From a virus (Duplodnaviria; Heunggongvirae; Uroviricota; Caudoviricetes), in the IMG/VR virus record IMGVR_UViG_3300022561_001209: DNA of 64,000 nt. One strand, 5' to 3'. Both the position numbers and the translations under genes were made by a program. The notes under the pieces were generated by a model. It was not told where the DNA came from. It made no database searches and saw only the letters and a list, made by a program, of their open reading frames with translations. Positions 27,987-38,472 of the stretch are shown piece after piece. The first letter of the stretch is position 1, and each line of letters starts with the position of its first letter.

Positions 27987-29036
27987 CTATTGTCCTGATA
28001 TTAGCTTGTCAAATTTTCCATTATACAAATCAATGGCAACTTCTTTAACATCATCAGGCACATCTTCCAATGCTTGTATATCTTCTACAGGATTAAAGTA
28101 ATCTATTTCTACTGTTGATAACTCAACTCTGAAATTCTCAAAAGCATTCTCTCTAATTTTCTTTTGTACTACAAACCCTTTATTAAAGAATTCGTCTGAT
28201 GGTTTTAGTTCCATCTCTACTAATTCTGCATTTAAGCCATAGTCATCCGTAAAATCTATTTCTATTTGAATTAAGTTAGCTGTATCTCTATCTTGACCTT
28301 CATCTAATGAAGTTCTTCCTACACTTCCTGGAGTTATAACCAAAGTTTGTGTTCCATCAGTTTCTATTGAATATGGGTCTATACTTTTATGAATGTCGTT
28401 TATTATTGCTAAATCTACATCCTTGAATATTCCATGGTCTGATGGACTCAATGTTCTTGACGCAAACCCATCTGCTAATATTCCTCTTTCTAGTATTGGA
28501 AAGTGATATGAGTTTATCATTACCTTAGTTTCAGGTCTTCTAGCTTCTATAAAACTGTCTGCTCTTTTATTGTAATTTATAAAGTTATATTGTAACCCTT
28601 CTATAATTAATGTTCTAGGATTAATAATTACCTTGTTATCAATTAACATATTGAAGAATGTATAACCATCAGCGTTACTATCATGTTGACCTTTTACCGT
28701 AAATACTAATGAATTGTATTCTGACAAATCTATTATTTCTCCGTCTTGATTATACACTGTCATTTTTTCTAATGCACCCATATTTTGTAATCTCTCAAGT
28801 GCAACTTCACCTATCTCTTTGAATATCCTCATAAATCTACTGATATACTTCATTCTATCCATATCTTTATGCTGTATATCTCCACCGAATGTTATCATTT
28901 GATAATCACCAGTAAAAAATATATTTTTTATGTTCTCTAAGTTTTTCACAGACTCATCAGCATAATTAGGTGCACATCCTACTTTATCATCAAATAAGTG
29001 AGGGTCTGGTATATGTAATATATTTAGTTTTTCCAT
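27987..29036 (-). CDS. SbcD/Mre11-like calcineurin-fold nuclease
   Basis: motif I ILHIPDPHL (D-x-H), GDY and GGDIQH motifs; overlaps stop of upstream SbcC-like gene by 1 nt. Confidence 0.6.
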   Translation of the reverse strand: MEKLNILHIPDPHLFDDKVGCAPNYADESVKNLENIKNIFFTGDYQMITFGGDIQHKDMDRMKYISRFMRIFKEIGEVALERLQNMGALEKMTVYNQDGEIIDLSEYNSLVFTVKGQHDSNADGYTFFNMLIDNKVIINPRTLIIEGLQYNFINYNKRADSFIEARRPETKVMINSYHFPILERGILADGFASRTLSPSDHGIFKDVDLAIINDIHKSIDPYSIETDGTQTLVITPGSVGRTSLDEGQDRDTANLIQIEIDFTDDYGLNAELVEMELKPSDEFFNKGFVVQKKIRENAFENFRVELSTVEIDYFNPVEDIQALEDVPDDVKEVAIDLYNGKFDKLISGQ

Positions 29037-29037
29037 C

Positions 29038-30387
29038 TTAACCTGTCATACCTCCTAATTCTTCTATCCTCTTATTTGAGAAAGGACATCTCATATCTTC
29101 TCTCTGTACTACTACAGGACAGAATTTGTTCTTTTTCATAAATGAATCTAATTCTAAACGTTTAACTTTTACTTCTTCTACAACTCCGTTAAGTTCTTTC
29201 ACTTTAACTCTTGTATTACTCAAAGCATCAGTTAATTTATTTACTTCTTGTAAATCATTTTTTAATTTCTCTAAATCCGTAAATTCTTTTATTAATTCTT
29301 CATTTCTTCTTAATGCCATGTCTTTTAACTCAACAGCTTTGTCTAACTCTATAGCTTTAGTTAAAAGTTGGATTTCTCTGATTATATCTGAATGTCCTTT
29401 GCTTAATTCATCTATGCTTTCTGTTATATTTATTACTTTCTCAGCTTTTTCATCTGCATTATTAAGTTCATCATATGAGTTTAATAATTTTAAATCTGAC
29501 ACTAAATCTTTAATTTCCGTGTTTACTTGAATTATCTCTTCTATCTTAGCTGTCTCTGTTTTTAATACTGCATATTTAGTAGAAGCATCTACTAACTCTG
29601 TCATTCTTTCTATGTCTCTAACCTCATTGTAAAGTTTTTCTTTATCTAAGTTAGCTATTTCAGAAGGTAAACCTGCAACTTCTTGCTCTATCAGTACGTT
29701 TAAATCTTCTAATCTAGTTACTTGATTTAATATTCCATAAGACTTTCTAACTTCAGTTACGTAAACATCCATCTTTCTTTTGTCTTCTGTTAAATCTACG
29801 TAATCATCTAACTTGCTTTTCTCTAACTCTACTTTTCCGTATGTTATATCATTTTCAGCTTTAACTGTTTTTACTATCTTATTATTTATTTTTATAGATT
29901 CTCTTAATCTATCAGTTCCTAAAGCTTTTTGAAAATAACTATAATTTTCAGACGGTGTTGTATTCGTAAATACTGCCTTATCATCTGCTGTTCTTATGTT
30001 GAAGTTTTCATCTCTTTCACTATCAACATACACATTCACTATTTTCTGTATTTCTTCAGGCACATATACTCCTGCTTTGTCAAATAATGCTTTAGTTCCA
30101 TCTGCTCTCTGTAAATAATATTCAGATAGCCCTTGACCCCTTGTTAATTTTATTATATTTCCCTCAAAGTCCTCAGCCTCAATTAAAAAGAAGTCTGCAT
30201 AATCTGATACGTATTTTTTAATTTGATTATTTGGCATATTACAGCAAACAGCTTTCATTGCGTCGATTATCATTGACTTACCATTATCGTTATCAGCTAC
30301 AAAGTGATATACTTTATCATGTTCAAAATGTAACTCTAAATCTCTAATAGGTCCAAAGTTTATTATCTTTAATCTCTTGAACTGCAT
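29038..30387 (-). CDS. N-terminal half of an SbcC/Rad50-like ATPase: Walker-A head, about 290-aa coiled-coil, C-terminal Cys pair
   Basis: LKIINFGPIRDLELHF...ADNDNGKSMIIDAMK (A-x4-GKS); a long coiled-coil; the ORF ends soon after KFCPVVVQREDMRCPF (hook-like Cys pair); no Walker B or H-loop. Confidence 0.65.
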   Translation of the reverse strand: MQFKRLKIINFGPIRDLELHFEHDKVYHFVADNDNGKSMIIDAMKAVCCNMPNNQIKKYVSDYADFFLIEAEDFEGNIIKLTRGQGLSEYYLQRADGTKALFDKAGVYVPEEIQKIVNVYVDSERDENFNIRTADDKAVFTNTTPSENYSYFQKALGTDRLRESIKINNKIVKTVKAENDITYGKVELEKSKLDDYVDLTEDKRKMDVYVTEVRKSYGILNQVTRLEDLNVLIEQEVAGLPSEIANLDKEKLYNEVRDIERMTELVDASTKYAVLKTETAKIEEIIQVNTEIKDLVSDLKLLNSYDELNNADEKAEKVINITESIDELSKGHSDIIREIQLLTKAIELDKAVELKDMALRRNEELIKEFTDLEKLKNDLQEVNKLTDALSNTRVKVKELNGVVEEVKVKRLELDSFMKKNKFCPVVVQREDMRCPFSNKRIEELGGMTG

Positions 30388-30413
30388 TTATTAGTTTCCT
30401 CCATTCCCTATCT

Positions 30414-30677
30414 CTATAATGCTTCTAATGTTTCTAAACTACATTCTTCTGTATTGTTAGCCTTAAAGTTCTTATATTCTTCTTGTACTCTACTCAAGTT
30501 TATATCTAATAAATCACTTAGTACAAGTGTTTCTATAATAGTAAATGAATCATTTTTTATTTTATAACTAAAAGATGATTCAGTTATCTTTAAAGCGTCA
30601 GCAAACCATTTATTCTTCATACCCTTATGCCGAATATTTTTTATTACATAGTTTGAGAATTTAAATTCGTCTCCCAA
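30414..30677 (-). CDS. Xre/Cro-type helix-turn-helix regulator candidate
   Basis: KNKWFADALKITESSFSYKIKNDSFTIIETLVLSDLLDINL fits the HTH_3 pattern. Confidence 0.45.
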   Translation of the reverse strand: MGDEFKFSNYVIKNIRHKGMKNKWFADALKITESSFSYKIKNDSFTIIETLVLSDLLDINLSRVQEEYKNFKANNTEECSLETLEAL

Positions 30678-30785
30678 AACAAGCGCTCCTTTCCTTAAAA
30701 ATCAAAATTTTAATTTTCAAAATCTAAACTTAATTACTAATTAGTTCAATTATCAAGTTCATCAAAATTTTTCTCTTGAAAAATA

Positions 30786-30826
30786 AAAATAACCTCCGAT
30801 ATATATTGGAGGTTATTTTTCAAATT
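30786..30826 (-). terminator. intrinsic terminator (bidirectional context) after ORF 30830-31153
   Basis: TAACCTCC-GATATATAT-TGGAGGTTA 8-bp GC-containing stem flanked by A-run and T-run. Confidence 0.65.
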
Positions 30827-30829
30827 TTA

Positions 30830-31153
30830 TTACTGCATATTTAATTGTTGTATTCTATCTCTTAGTTCTTCCCTAGGTATTAACTCAAATACCTTGTTTA
30901 AGTCCGTAAATACCTTTGCCTGTAATTCTGATATTTCCACTAATTTGTTTAATTGCTGTACTTCTATTCTTTTATTTATTATTTTATTGAAGAAAAATCC
31001 CCTGTATTCTTTTTCTTTCAATTCTTCCATTTCCTTCATAAGTTCTTTAATATTTTTTATTCGTTCATTTTCTATATTCCCACATAACACATTTAGTCTT
31101 TCTGCCATGTCTAAAGTCTTTGTACATGTACCATATTCTTTTTTAATATCCAT
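30830..31153 (-). CDS. hypothetical coiled-coil protein
   Basis: ORF 107 aa. Confidence 0.35.
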   Translation of the reverse strand: MDIKKEYGTCTKTLDMAERLNVLCGNIENERIKNIKELMKEMEELKEKEYRGFFFNKIINKRIEVQQLNKLVEISELQAKVFTDLNKVFELIPREELRDRIQQLNMQ

Positions 31154-31261
31154 CCCTATACCTCTTACTTATGTATATTTTCTACTTCTATGAACATCTC
31201 TTATTCCCTGTTAGTTATGTAAATTAAAAACCTCTAAGATTTAACTTAGGGGTTAATTTTG

Positions 31262-32731
31262 TTATTTATATGTGTCTTCCCCTAATGTTGGGGGTGTTTC
31301 TGCTACTTCCACCTTTTGTACAGGTTTATTTTCAGTTATGTTACGTAAATAACTTGCTATGTCTACTCCTGTCAAATCATTCAACATTTGAAATCCGTTA
31401 GCTGCTACATCAGTTACTATCTTACTAACTTTAGACGCTCCACCGTTTCCGTTAGAACCACCGTTATCAATAACAGTAATCTTTTCAATTTGTTCCATAG
31501 GTTTAGCTACTTCTCTCATTATTTCAGGTAATCTAGCCACTACTAAATCAACTATAGCTGCTTGGCCATATTTAGCCATTGCTTCTGCCATCTTATCTTT
31601 AGCTTCTGCCTCTGCTAAACCTTTTGCCCTTATCGCATCAGCTTCTGCGTTACCTCTTATTCTAACAGATTCAGCTTCTGCAAGTGCTTTAACTCTTACT
31701 GTTTCTGCTTCTGCCTCTGCTTGTAAAATAGCTGTTCTTTTATCAGCTTCAGCCTTAACTTCTGCTTCATATCTTTTAGCATCTGCAGGTTTCTTAACTT
31801 CTGCTACAAGTCTTTCCTCTACTACTACAGCATTTTTCTTAGCTAATTCTGCCTGCTGTTCTGCCATCAGTTTTTCATTCTCTACGTCTCTTAATTTATA
31901 TGACATATCTGCATCAGCTTTTGCTTTATCTTGTTCTGCTCTGTATGCCTCTACTTTTAATGACTTATCTTTTTCTGATTCAGCTATTGCCGATTCAGAC
32001 TCTAATCTTGCTTTCTGACCTATTCTTATTGCTTCAGCTGTTTTTATCTCTGTGTCTCTTTTTCTTTCAGCTGTAGCTATATCAGCATCTGACTTAGCTT
32101 GGGCTATCTGAGGAATTGCCCTATTCTCTAAGTAACCACCTTGAGTAGCTATTTTCAATATTGTATAAGATACTAATTGTAAACCCATTGAGTCTAATTC
32201 AGCCCGTATATCTGCCTCTATTCTTTGTTCAAATTGTGCTCTATCATTATTTATTTCTTCTACTGTTAATGTAGATACAATACCCCTTAATTTACCTTCT
32301 AATATTTGTTCTACAATACTTTTAATTACATCAGATGTACTTCTTTTAGAACTTTCACTACAGAACTGTTCTACTGCTGTCAGTACACTTTTTTCTTCGT
32401 TTCTAACCTTAATTACTGCCGTTCCTATAATATTTACAAATATACCTTGTTTAGATGGTGCTTCTGTAATATCTGTTGTCATTGACATATTCTCTAATGA
32501 AATGACGCAGCTTGTCTCAAAGAATGGAATCATTAATCCACCTTTACCACTTAAAACTCTTTTCTTTAAACCTGTAATTACCATTGCTTTATCAGCAGGT
32601 ACTTTCTTCCAAAATAGTGTAATAATCACTACCAATGCAATAACAATAAGTGTTATTGGTGAAAATATTGAATCTAGAATTGCAACCATAATCTTTTTCC
32701 TCTTTTTCTCTTTTATTTTATATTTAAACAC
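31262..32731 (-). CDS. flotillin / SPFH (band 7) family membrane protein
   Basis: N-terminal TM; SPFH core; long A/E-rich flotillin repeats (AEAEAETVRVKALAEAESVRIRGNAEADAIRAKGLAEAEAKDKMAEAMA); then IVDLVVARLPEIMREVAKPM. Confidence 0.8.
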   Translation of the reverse strand: MFKYKIKEKKRKKIMVAILDSIFSPITLIVIALVVIITLFWKKVPADKAMVITGLKKRVLSGKGGLMIPFFETSCVISLENMSMTTDITEAPSKQGIFVNIIGTAVIKVRNEEKSVLTAVEQFCSESSKRSTSDVIKSIVEQILEGKLRGIVSTLTVEEINNDRAQFEQRIEADIRAELDSMGLQLVSYTILKIATQGGYLENRAIPQIAQAKSDADIATAERKRDTEIKTAEAIRIGQKARLESESAIAESEKDKSLKVEAYRAEQDKAKADADMSYKLRDVENEKLMAEQQAELAKKNAVVVEERLVAEVKKPADAKRYEAEVKAEADKRTAILQAEAEAETVRVKALAEAESVRIRGNAEADAIRAKGLAEAEAKDKMAEAMAKYGQAAIVDLVVARLPEIMREVAKPMEQIEKITVIDNGGSNGNGGASKVSKIVTDVAANGFQMLNDLTGVDIASYLRNITENKPVQKVEVAETPPTLGEDTYK

Positions 32732-32811
32732 CGTAAATCATATAATCGATGTTTATTGCTTTTATTAAGGGTTGTCTTCTCCCAAGCGACAACCCCTTAC
32801 CTTTACTTTTA

Positions 32812-33198
32812 TTAATCTAACTCGTCTATCATAGCTTGAATTTCTTCAGCTGACTTACCTTGTAAATCCATTTCTCTCTTAGCTTCAAGTAATTCCATCA
32901 GTTTCTGTTTCTTCTGACGTTTTTCTTTAGCTTCTATTGCAGCGTTCTTTTCAGCTACTTTAACATTGAATATGTATTTAACAAGTTCAATCTTATCTGT
33001 TAATTCTTCATCTTCTTTAGACTTAGTATCTAATAGACTTTCTTCTTTAGCTGCTTTAATTTGTGAATTCAGTCCTTTGTATATTGTATCCAAATCTCCT
33101 ACTGATAACTGCCATAAGTCTTCTACACCTATCTGTCCTTTGAACGCAAATCTTAATCTGTTTCTTGTTGCTACCTCGAATAAATTTTTATTGCTCAT
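32812..33198 (-). CDS. hypothetical protein
   Basis: ORF 128 aa; GC-containing hairpin (32768-32799) downstream. Confidence 0.4.
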   Translation of the reverse strand: MSNKNLFEVATRNRLRFAFKGQIGVEDLWQLSVGDLDTIYKGLNSQIKAAKEESLLDTKSKEDEELTDKIELVKYIFNVKVAEKNAAIEAKEKRQKKQKLMELLEAKREMDLQGKSAEEIQAMIDELD

Positions 33199-33220
33199 GT
33201 TTTTCTCCTTTTCTTCTCTT

Positions 33221-35275
33221 TTAGAATTTTATTTTTAGTGTTCTTTCTATGTTACCTTTTACTTTTATAATTAGTTCATTTCTTCTTGTTGAAGAAAATC
33301 CTATTCCTGACAATTGGTCGTTTGTTTCTTTTACTTTTAACTTAGAACCCAATGCTTCAAATACTTTACGATGTTTAGTTAAATCTTCTCTTAAGAACTC
33401 ATTATAGAATGCGTTTGGATTTTCTGTATTTACACAATCCTTTAACATAAAGAAGTAATGTTGGTTTCCTATGCCTTTTTGTTCGTCCCAATAATTTGGT
33501 GAATACATTACAACTGATACTGGCACAAATTGGTTTGTTCGTAAATTCCATACTTCTCTTGATGACATGCTTGATGGTAATAATTCTTTAACACTGAATA
33601 CTCCATCTTTCAATGTAACTTCTGCTACTTGAACCTTTTCTCCGTGTCTTAACTCTTTATTGTACTCAAATGCATATATCTGACCATCAAACTCTACTTC
33701 TGCTTTAAATCCAGTTCTTCCACCATTGTTTGAGAAGCAATGTACAAATAATTTGTAAATTCCATTTCTCATTGAACTTCTATTTTCCCAAGTAATATTT
33801 TCAACAGCAGGAACAGTTTTTATTGGTCTAATAATATCTACATCTAGTTCCCCACCACTTGGTGATTTTATACCTCTAGTTCCAAAGTATATTTCATATC
33901 CACTTGGTTCTACACAATGTGCATCAAAGTCATTACCATTGTATACTTCATCATTCCACTGTATTGAGAAACGCAAATCTCCCTCAACATTTCCGCCTGC
34001 TGATTTAACTCTTTCTTTCATTGAGCTATCTGTAATGTTTCCAGAATATGCCCAACTAAAGTTGTTATCCCATTTAAACATTGACTTACTATCTTTATGT
34101 TCAGGTGCTATTAATGATACCATATTTCTACTGTGTTTATTTTCAAATAATACTTCTAATTCTTTTGCAGTTGTTAATACATTATTTACAAAGTCCTCTA
34201 TTGATATTTCTTCTACTTTCGTAAATTTCTTAGTGTTTACTTCTACTTCTTTTTTCATGTCTTCAAATATATCTATTCCGCCAATTCTCTTAGCTGAATC
34301 TTTATTTGAGAATAATATATTGTTTACTGTTATATCATCTAAAGTACTGTATCTTCTTTCTAGTGAATTTTCAAAACCTAATTCCACTATAGTATTCTTA
34401 GCATCTTCTAACATCTTAGTCGTAAATACTGGTTTTGACCTTTTATAATTTTCAGGTGCTACTATCTTTTCATACTTTTTAACCGCTGTATCTAAATCCA
34501 TTCCTGTACCTATATTTATTAATAATGTTCCCATACTGTGGTTCTTTATCTTACCTACTACTTCATTAATCTTTACTGATTGCTCCCAAGTATATTTGTC
34601 TTTTTCTTCCTGTGTATTTAATTTATTGTACTCTTTAACATATTTCAAAAATTCATTTAATGCGTATTCCCATTCATTTCCTTTGTATAATGAGTTCTGA
34701 GAAATAAGTTCTAATACTGATAAAACACTATCTTCTGTAATTTCATCTAATGAACTCTTAAATACATTTCTAATATCTCTAAATTGACCTTTTAAATCTC
34801 CCTCTGACCTATTGCTCTTATCAACGAACTTATCATCTAACTCTAAGTATAAATGTTCCCATTTAAGTGTTTCTCCGTTTACCAATTCTTCGAAGTTTGA
34901 ATCTGTTCCTATTTTCTTAAACTTTGTTACGTAAACATCTGTCACTGCTTTTTCTTTTATATATTTGTTTAAAGCATCTATAACAGTTTGATATGTAGTG
35001 TCTTCAGTTTTAAAATCCCATATTGTATGTACTTCATTATTTTTGATTACTACTGCATTTCCAATATTTTTAATAAAACTTCTGCAACAACTACAATCGT
35101 GTTCTCTTCGTTCTCTAAAAATTTTATTTGTACCTACTGGATAACTGTCTAAATACAAATTCCACAATTCATCTTTGTCTACCTCTACTTCAAATAGTTT
35201 AGTTTCGTCTTTAGTAATCTTCTCAAAGTTTACCTGCAATAATTTTTTAAATTCTTTAAATTTCATTTTTTCCAT
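33221..35275 (-). CDS. large hypothetical protein (684 aa)
   Basis: long uninterrupted ORF directly downstream of a consensus promoter; N-terminal Cys cluster HDCSCCRSF; no family recognised. Confidence 0.5.
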   Translation of the reverse strand: MEKMKFKEFKKLLQVNFEKITKDETKLFEVEVDKDELWNLYLDSYPVGTNKIFRERREHDCSCCRSFIKNIGNAVVIKNNEVHTIWDFKTEDTTYQTVIDALNKYIKEKAVTDVYVTKFKKIGTDSNFEELVNGETLKWEHLYLELDDKFVDKSNRSEGDLKGQFRDIRNVFKSSLDEITEDSVLSVLELISQNSLYKGNEWEYALNEFLKYVKEYNKLNTQEEKDKYTWEQSVKINEVVGKIKNHSMGTLLINIGTGMDLDTAVKKYEKIVAPENYKRSKPVFTTKMLEDAKNTIVELGFENSLERRYSTLDDITVNNILFSNKDSAKRIGGIDIFEDMKKEVEVNTKKFTKVEEISIEDFVNNVLTTAKELEVLFENKHSRNMVSLIAPEHKDSKSMFKWDNNFSWAYSGNITDSSMKERVKSAGGNVEGDLRFSIQWNDEVYNGNDFDAHCVEPSGYEIYFGTRGIKSPSGGELDVDIIRPIKTVPAVENITWENRSSMRNGIYKLFVHCFSNNGGRTGFKAEVEFDGQIYAFEYNKELRHGEKVQVAEVTLKDGVFSVKELLPSSMSSREVWNLRTNQFVPVSVVMYSPNYWDEQKGIGNQHYFFMLKDCVNTENPNAFYNEFLREDLTKHRKVFEALGSKLKVKETNDQLSGIGFSSTRRNELIIKVKGNIERTLKIKF

Positions 35276-35310
35276 TCTCCCTTGTTTTTTAGTTATTTAA
35301 TTACCTTAAA

Positions 35311-35339
35311 TATATTATATCAAATTTAATAACTTTTGT
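35311..35339 (-). promoter_or_regulatory. consensus sigma-A promoter TTGACA-17-TATAAT (TG-extended) with UP element
   Basis: minus strand reads GTATTGACAAAAGTTATTAAATTTGATATAATA; -35 at 35334-35339, -10 at 35311-35316. Confidence 0.7.
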
Positions 35340-35520
35340 CAATACTTTTTTTAATAATTTTAAAAATAATTTTTATTAAATTAAAATTATATGTTTACAC
35401 ATATAATTTTAATTTTTGGTTGTGTTTTAATATAATATTGATATTAAAAAGTATATAATTATTTAAGATTATCTACTTTTCTATCTTTTTTTATTATCTA
35501 TTTAATACTAATTTGTATTA

Positions 35521-36612
35521 TTAAATACTACTATCTACCACAAAAACCCAAGAACCACCACGATAAATTGTAGTCCACTCCCAATTCTTATCGGCTGATA
35601 ATTCGCCATCTGCAGTTCCTGAATATGTTGGTCTTGTTGTATTACAAATCTTAGCCCAATCACCAGTCCAATGACCTTCTCCAGTATTTAGATGTACACG
35701 ATATATCTGACCTGCTATGGGTCCAAAATCATTACCTGTTGCTTGATATCCATCAAATACTGTTGCTTTACCTATTGAATCATCAACTGTTCTTCCAAGG
35801 TCTATTGCTACCCCTTGACCTGCTCCTAATACCCCTGTTACTGAATCTATTTTTAATACTACTTTTGCACCATCTGCTTTTACAAAGGTATCACCTGCTT
35901 TGGCTTCTCCTCTTGTTGCATCTGTTTGATACAATGTAGTTGCATTTGTTTGTACTGGTGGTTTTACTACTACTGTTGATGTATCTACTACTATCCTTTT
36001 TGTTGCATCTAACATTCTTGCTAACATTGTACAAGCTTCTGCTCTACTACCTGTCTTTGTTCCTTGGAATGAACCATCTTCATAACCCTTTATTAAACCT
36101 TTCATATAGGCTTGCTCTACATAAGTAGTATAATATTGGTTCTGCTGTACTTTATTATAATCTGTCAATATATTTGCTATCCCTACTGTTGCTGTTTTTT
36201 CTTCATATAATAGTTTTTCTGCTATTCTTGTCATTATCATTGTCATTTCATATCGTGTTATTGATTTATCCCAATCACTCTCTGGCATTTCACCTATCTT
36301 TAATATTTCTTGATTTATTGCTTCATCAAATATTTCTGTTGCCCAATGTTCACCTGTTGCTATTTCTACTGACATTACACTTCCTAATGCTATCTTTACA
36401 AACTCTGCTCTTGTTATTGTTCCATCTGGTCTGAATGTTCCATCTGGATAACCATTGATTGAACCTCTGCCTATTAAATAATCTATATTGGATTTGCCCC
36501 AATGATTCGTTATGTCCATAAATTCTGAAGCATATGTCGTTGTTGTAATTACTGATAATAAAAGTGTTGTTATTGCTATCTTTTTAATTGTTCTATAAAA
36601 ATTAAATTTCAT
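35521..36612 (-). CDS. secreted protein with three N-terminal SLH (S-layer homology) motifs and a C-terminal domain of unknown function
   Basis: signal peptide; FMDITNHWGKSNIDYLIGRGSINGYPDGTFRPDGTITRAEFVKIAL plus two further SLH-like repeats. Confidence 0.7.
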   Translation of the reverse strand: MKFNFYRTIKKIAITTLLLSVITTTTYASEFMDITNHWGKSNIDYLIGRGSINGYPDGTFRPDGTITRAEFVKIALGSVMSVEIATGEHWATEIFDEAINQEILKIGEMPESDWDKSITRYEMTMIMTRIAEKLLYEEKTATVGIANILTDYNKVQQNQYYTTYVEQAYMKGLIKGYEDGSFQGTKTGSRAEACTMLARMLDATKRIVVDTSTVVVKPPVQTNATTLYQTDATRGEAKAGDTFVKADGAKVVLKIDSVTGVLGAGQGVAIDLGRTVDDSIGKATVFDGYQATGNDFGPIAGQIYRVHLNTGEGHWTGDWAKICNTTRPTYSGTADGELSADKNWEWTTIYRGGSWVFVVDSSI

Positions 36613-36719
36613 AGTTTCTCCTTTCCCTATGTAGTTTAAAACACAACCTAATTTTCAGTGTTTTTCTCTAGTTTTACCCTAATCTTTTCTATTACATTTA
36701 TTAATTATTTTACATCTAC

Positions 36720-37103
36720 TCACATTGTTTCGTAATAGTCTATGTAGTATCTCTCTTCTTTTCTATGTGTTCTATTTTTATTCATGATTATTTTACTTGA
36801 ATCAAAGTTTCCATCTCTGCTAACAAAATCAAAATAATACCCTGCTACTTCTATAGTCATGTTATCTGTTGAATATATCTTATTTAAATCATTGGAAACC
36901 CGTAAATTTATATCTATATCTATATCTATATCTACTATACTAACTGTTTTATTTTGTTTCTTTCCAGTTTTTGTATCTGTAACTATGATATCTACTTCAT
37001 ATACACTGTTTACATTTTCAAATATATCTACCAATTCTTCTTTAGAAGTATCTTCGTTTTTAATCTTCATTCTCTTCATCTTCTTCGGCATATTCACCTT
37101 CAC
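36720..37103 (-). CDS. hypothetical protein containing a (DI)n repeat
   Basis: ORF 127 aa; DIDIDIDI is encoded by a (TATATC)n DNA repeat. Confidence 0.35.
   Translation of the reverse strand: MKVNMPKKMKRMKIKNEDTSKEELVDIFENVNSVYEVDIIVTDTKTGKKQNKTVSIVDIDIDIDINLRVSNDLNKIYSTDNMTIEVAGYYFDFVSRDGNFDSSKIIMNKNRTHRKEERYYIDYYETM
36909..36934. repeat. hexanucleotide tandem repeat (TATATC)x4
   Basis: ttatatctatatctatatctatatct. Confidence 0.8.
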
Positions 37104-37302
37104 CGTAAAGATAGTCTAAATCAAAATCTCCATCACATTTATTACCGTTGTAATCTCTATAACCTGCTTCTTCACATGCTGGACATACTGACCATTCTTC
37201 AAGTGCAGGTGCTCCCCATGCTTCTCCATGATTTTCCATATATCTCTTAGGTTCAGCGAATACGTAACCACAATCTGCACAAATAAATAAACCCCAATTC
37301 AT
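37060..37302 (-). CDS. small zinc-ribbon protein with acidic tail
   Basis: CADCGY ... CPACEE; C-terminal D/E run. Confidence 0.4.
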   Translation of the reverse strand: MNWGLFICADCGYVFAEPKRYMENHGEAWGAPALEEWSVCPACEEAGYRDYNGNKCDGDFDLDYLYGEGEYAEEDEENED

Positions 37303-37534
37303 ATATGTGTTCCTCCTTTAATAGTCCTCATACTCGTCATACTTGTATTAATATTTATATCTATGCTCATAAAAGTTTTTAGAGCCACATTCAGTACAGC
37401 ATTCTTCATAACACCCTATCTTATTTTTATATAACTTAAATTCTTCTGTATTTGTAAGTCATTCTTTTTAGGCTCTTCAAATTCTTCACCACAGTCATTA
37501 CATTTATACACTGTTATCATTTTATTGTCCTCTA

Positions 37535-37753
37535 TTAATATTCTATTACTTTATCTACTTGTTCTAAGTATGCCCAACATAAATCTCCGTCTCCGTCTTC
37601 TGTTTCATAGTCTATTCCAGGCCTACCATTTTTTATGTCTTCTTCTATTGTAACTACTGTTGCCAATACATGTTTCCCTGACCCAAAACAACCTCTAACA
37701 TTTATTGTACTTCCTATTCTCATATCACTTAGTTTTACCATAAATACCTCCAT
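37535..37753 (-). CDS. hypothetical small protein
   Basis: ORF. Confidence 0.35.
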   Translation of the reverse strand: MEVFMVKLSDMRIGSTINVRGCFGSGKHVLATVVTIEEDIKNGRPGIDYETEDGDGDLCWAYLEQVDKVIEY

Positions 37754-37756
37754 AAA

Positions 37757-37987
37757 TTAGTTTTTATAATCTAATGGTATAAATAAAGTATCTCTTCTAT
37801 AACCTTCTGCATGTATCCCGCCATATAGTTCTCTAGCAAGCAATTCTTGGTGATTTCTTTCTATAATTTCTCTTGTAATCAACTCGTCTTCACCAAATAA
37901 ATGGTTTATCCCCATTCTATTTGTTTCTGCTATATCTAGTGCTGTTCCATAAGCTACAAACTGTAAAACATCTCTTAACTTTGCCAT
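37757..37987 (-). CDS. hypothetical small protein
   Basis: ORF. Confidence 0.35.
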   Translation of the reverse strand: MAKLRDVLQFVAYGTALDIAETNRMGINHLFGEDELITREIIERNHQELLARELYGGIHAEGYRRDTLFIPLDYKN

Positions 37988-38000
37988 TTTACTTTTCCTC

Positions 38001-38402
38001 CTAATCTTCGTTATATTCGAAAAACCCTATGCATGCCCCATCTCCGTCTGTACTTCCGAAATAGTGCCCTCCAGGACAAACATCATTAAATAATTCGTAA
38101 ATTTCCTCATGCCACAAGTATTCCATCTGCTCCATTTCATCATCATTAAATGTATCTTTTACCATACCTCTTTGATATAAAGGATACATCTGTTCCATAT
38201 AATTCTCGTTTTCATCAAATAATACGTTTATAGCTTTTACTATACTGTATCCCTCTTCTATCTCGTTGTAAATTATGAAGTCCCTTCCTGATATTGTTAG
38301 TTGTTCTAAATTTAATGTGTCTGTAGACAAAATAAGTCCTTCATTTTTTCCTATTGTATCTTTTATTCTTTGAAAACCTCTTGAACCCATAGTTACCTCC
38401 AT
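38001..38402 (-). CDS. hypothetical protein
   Basis: ORF 133 aa. Confidence 0.35.
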   Translation of the reverse strand: MEVTMGSRGFQRIKDTIGKNEGLILSTDTLNLEQLTISGRDFIIYNEIEEGYSIVKAINVLFDENENYMEQMYPLYQRGMVKDTFNDDEMEQMEYLWHEEIYELFNDVCPGGHYFGSTDGDGACIGFFEYNED

Positions 38403-38472
38403 AAATTTATTATAATTTTTACAACATTTAATTAATACATCTATGATATGTTATTTAGATACTAACTTTTAT

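Noticed and set aside
32768-32799. GC-containing hairpin AAGGGTTGTC...GACAACCCCTT as a terminator for ORF 32812-33198
   Set aside because: The stem has a bulge and on the minus strand is not followed by a T-run. It may be an attenuator or RNA-stability element, but evidence is insufficient.
35739-36434. Plus-strand ORFs (35739-35939, 35940-36128, 36174-36434, and all other plus-strand ORFs in the provided track, e.g. 1467-1685, 2154-2441, 9608-10015, 13960-14142, 24002-24214, 46508-46699)
   Set aside because: They lie antisense to strongly supported minus-strand genes and translate to low-complexity Leu/Ser/Phe/Ile-rich strings, as expected from reading AT-rich coding DNA backwards. They have no RBS or promoter context.
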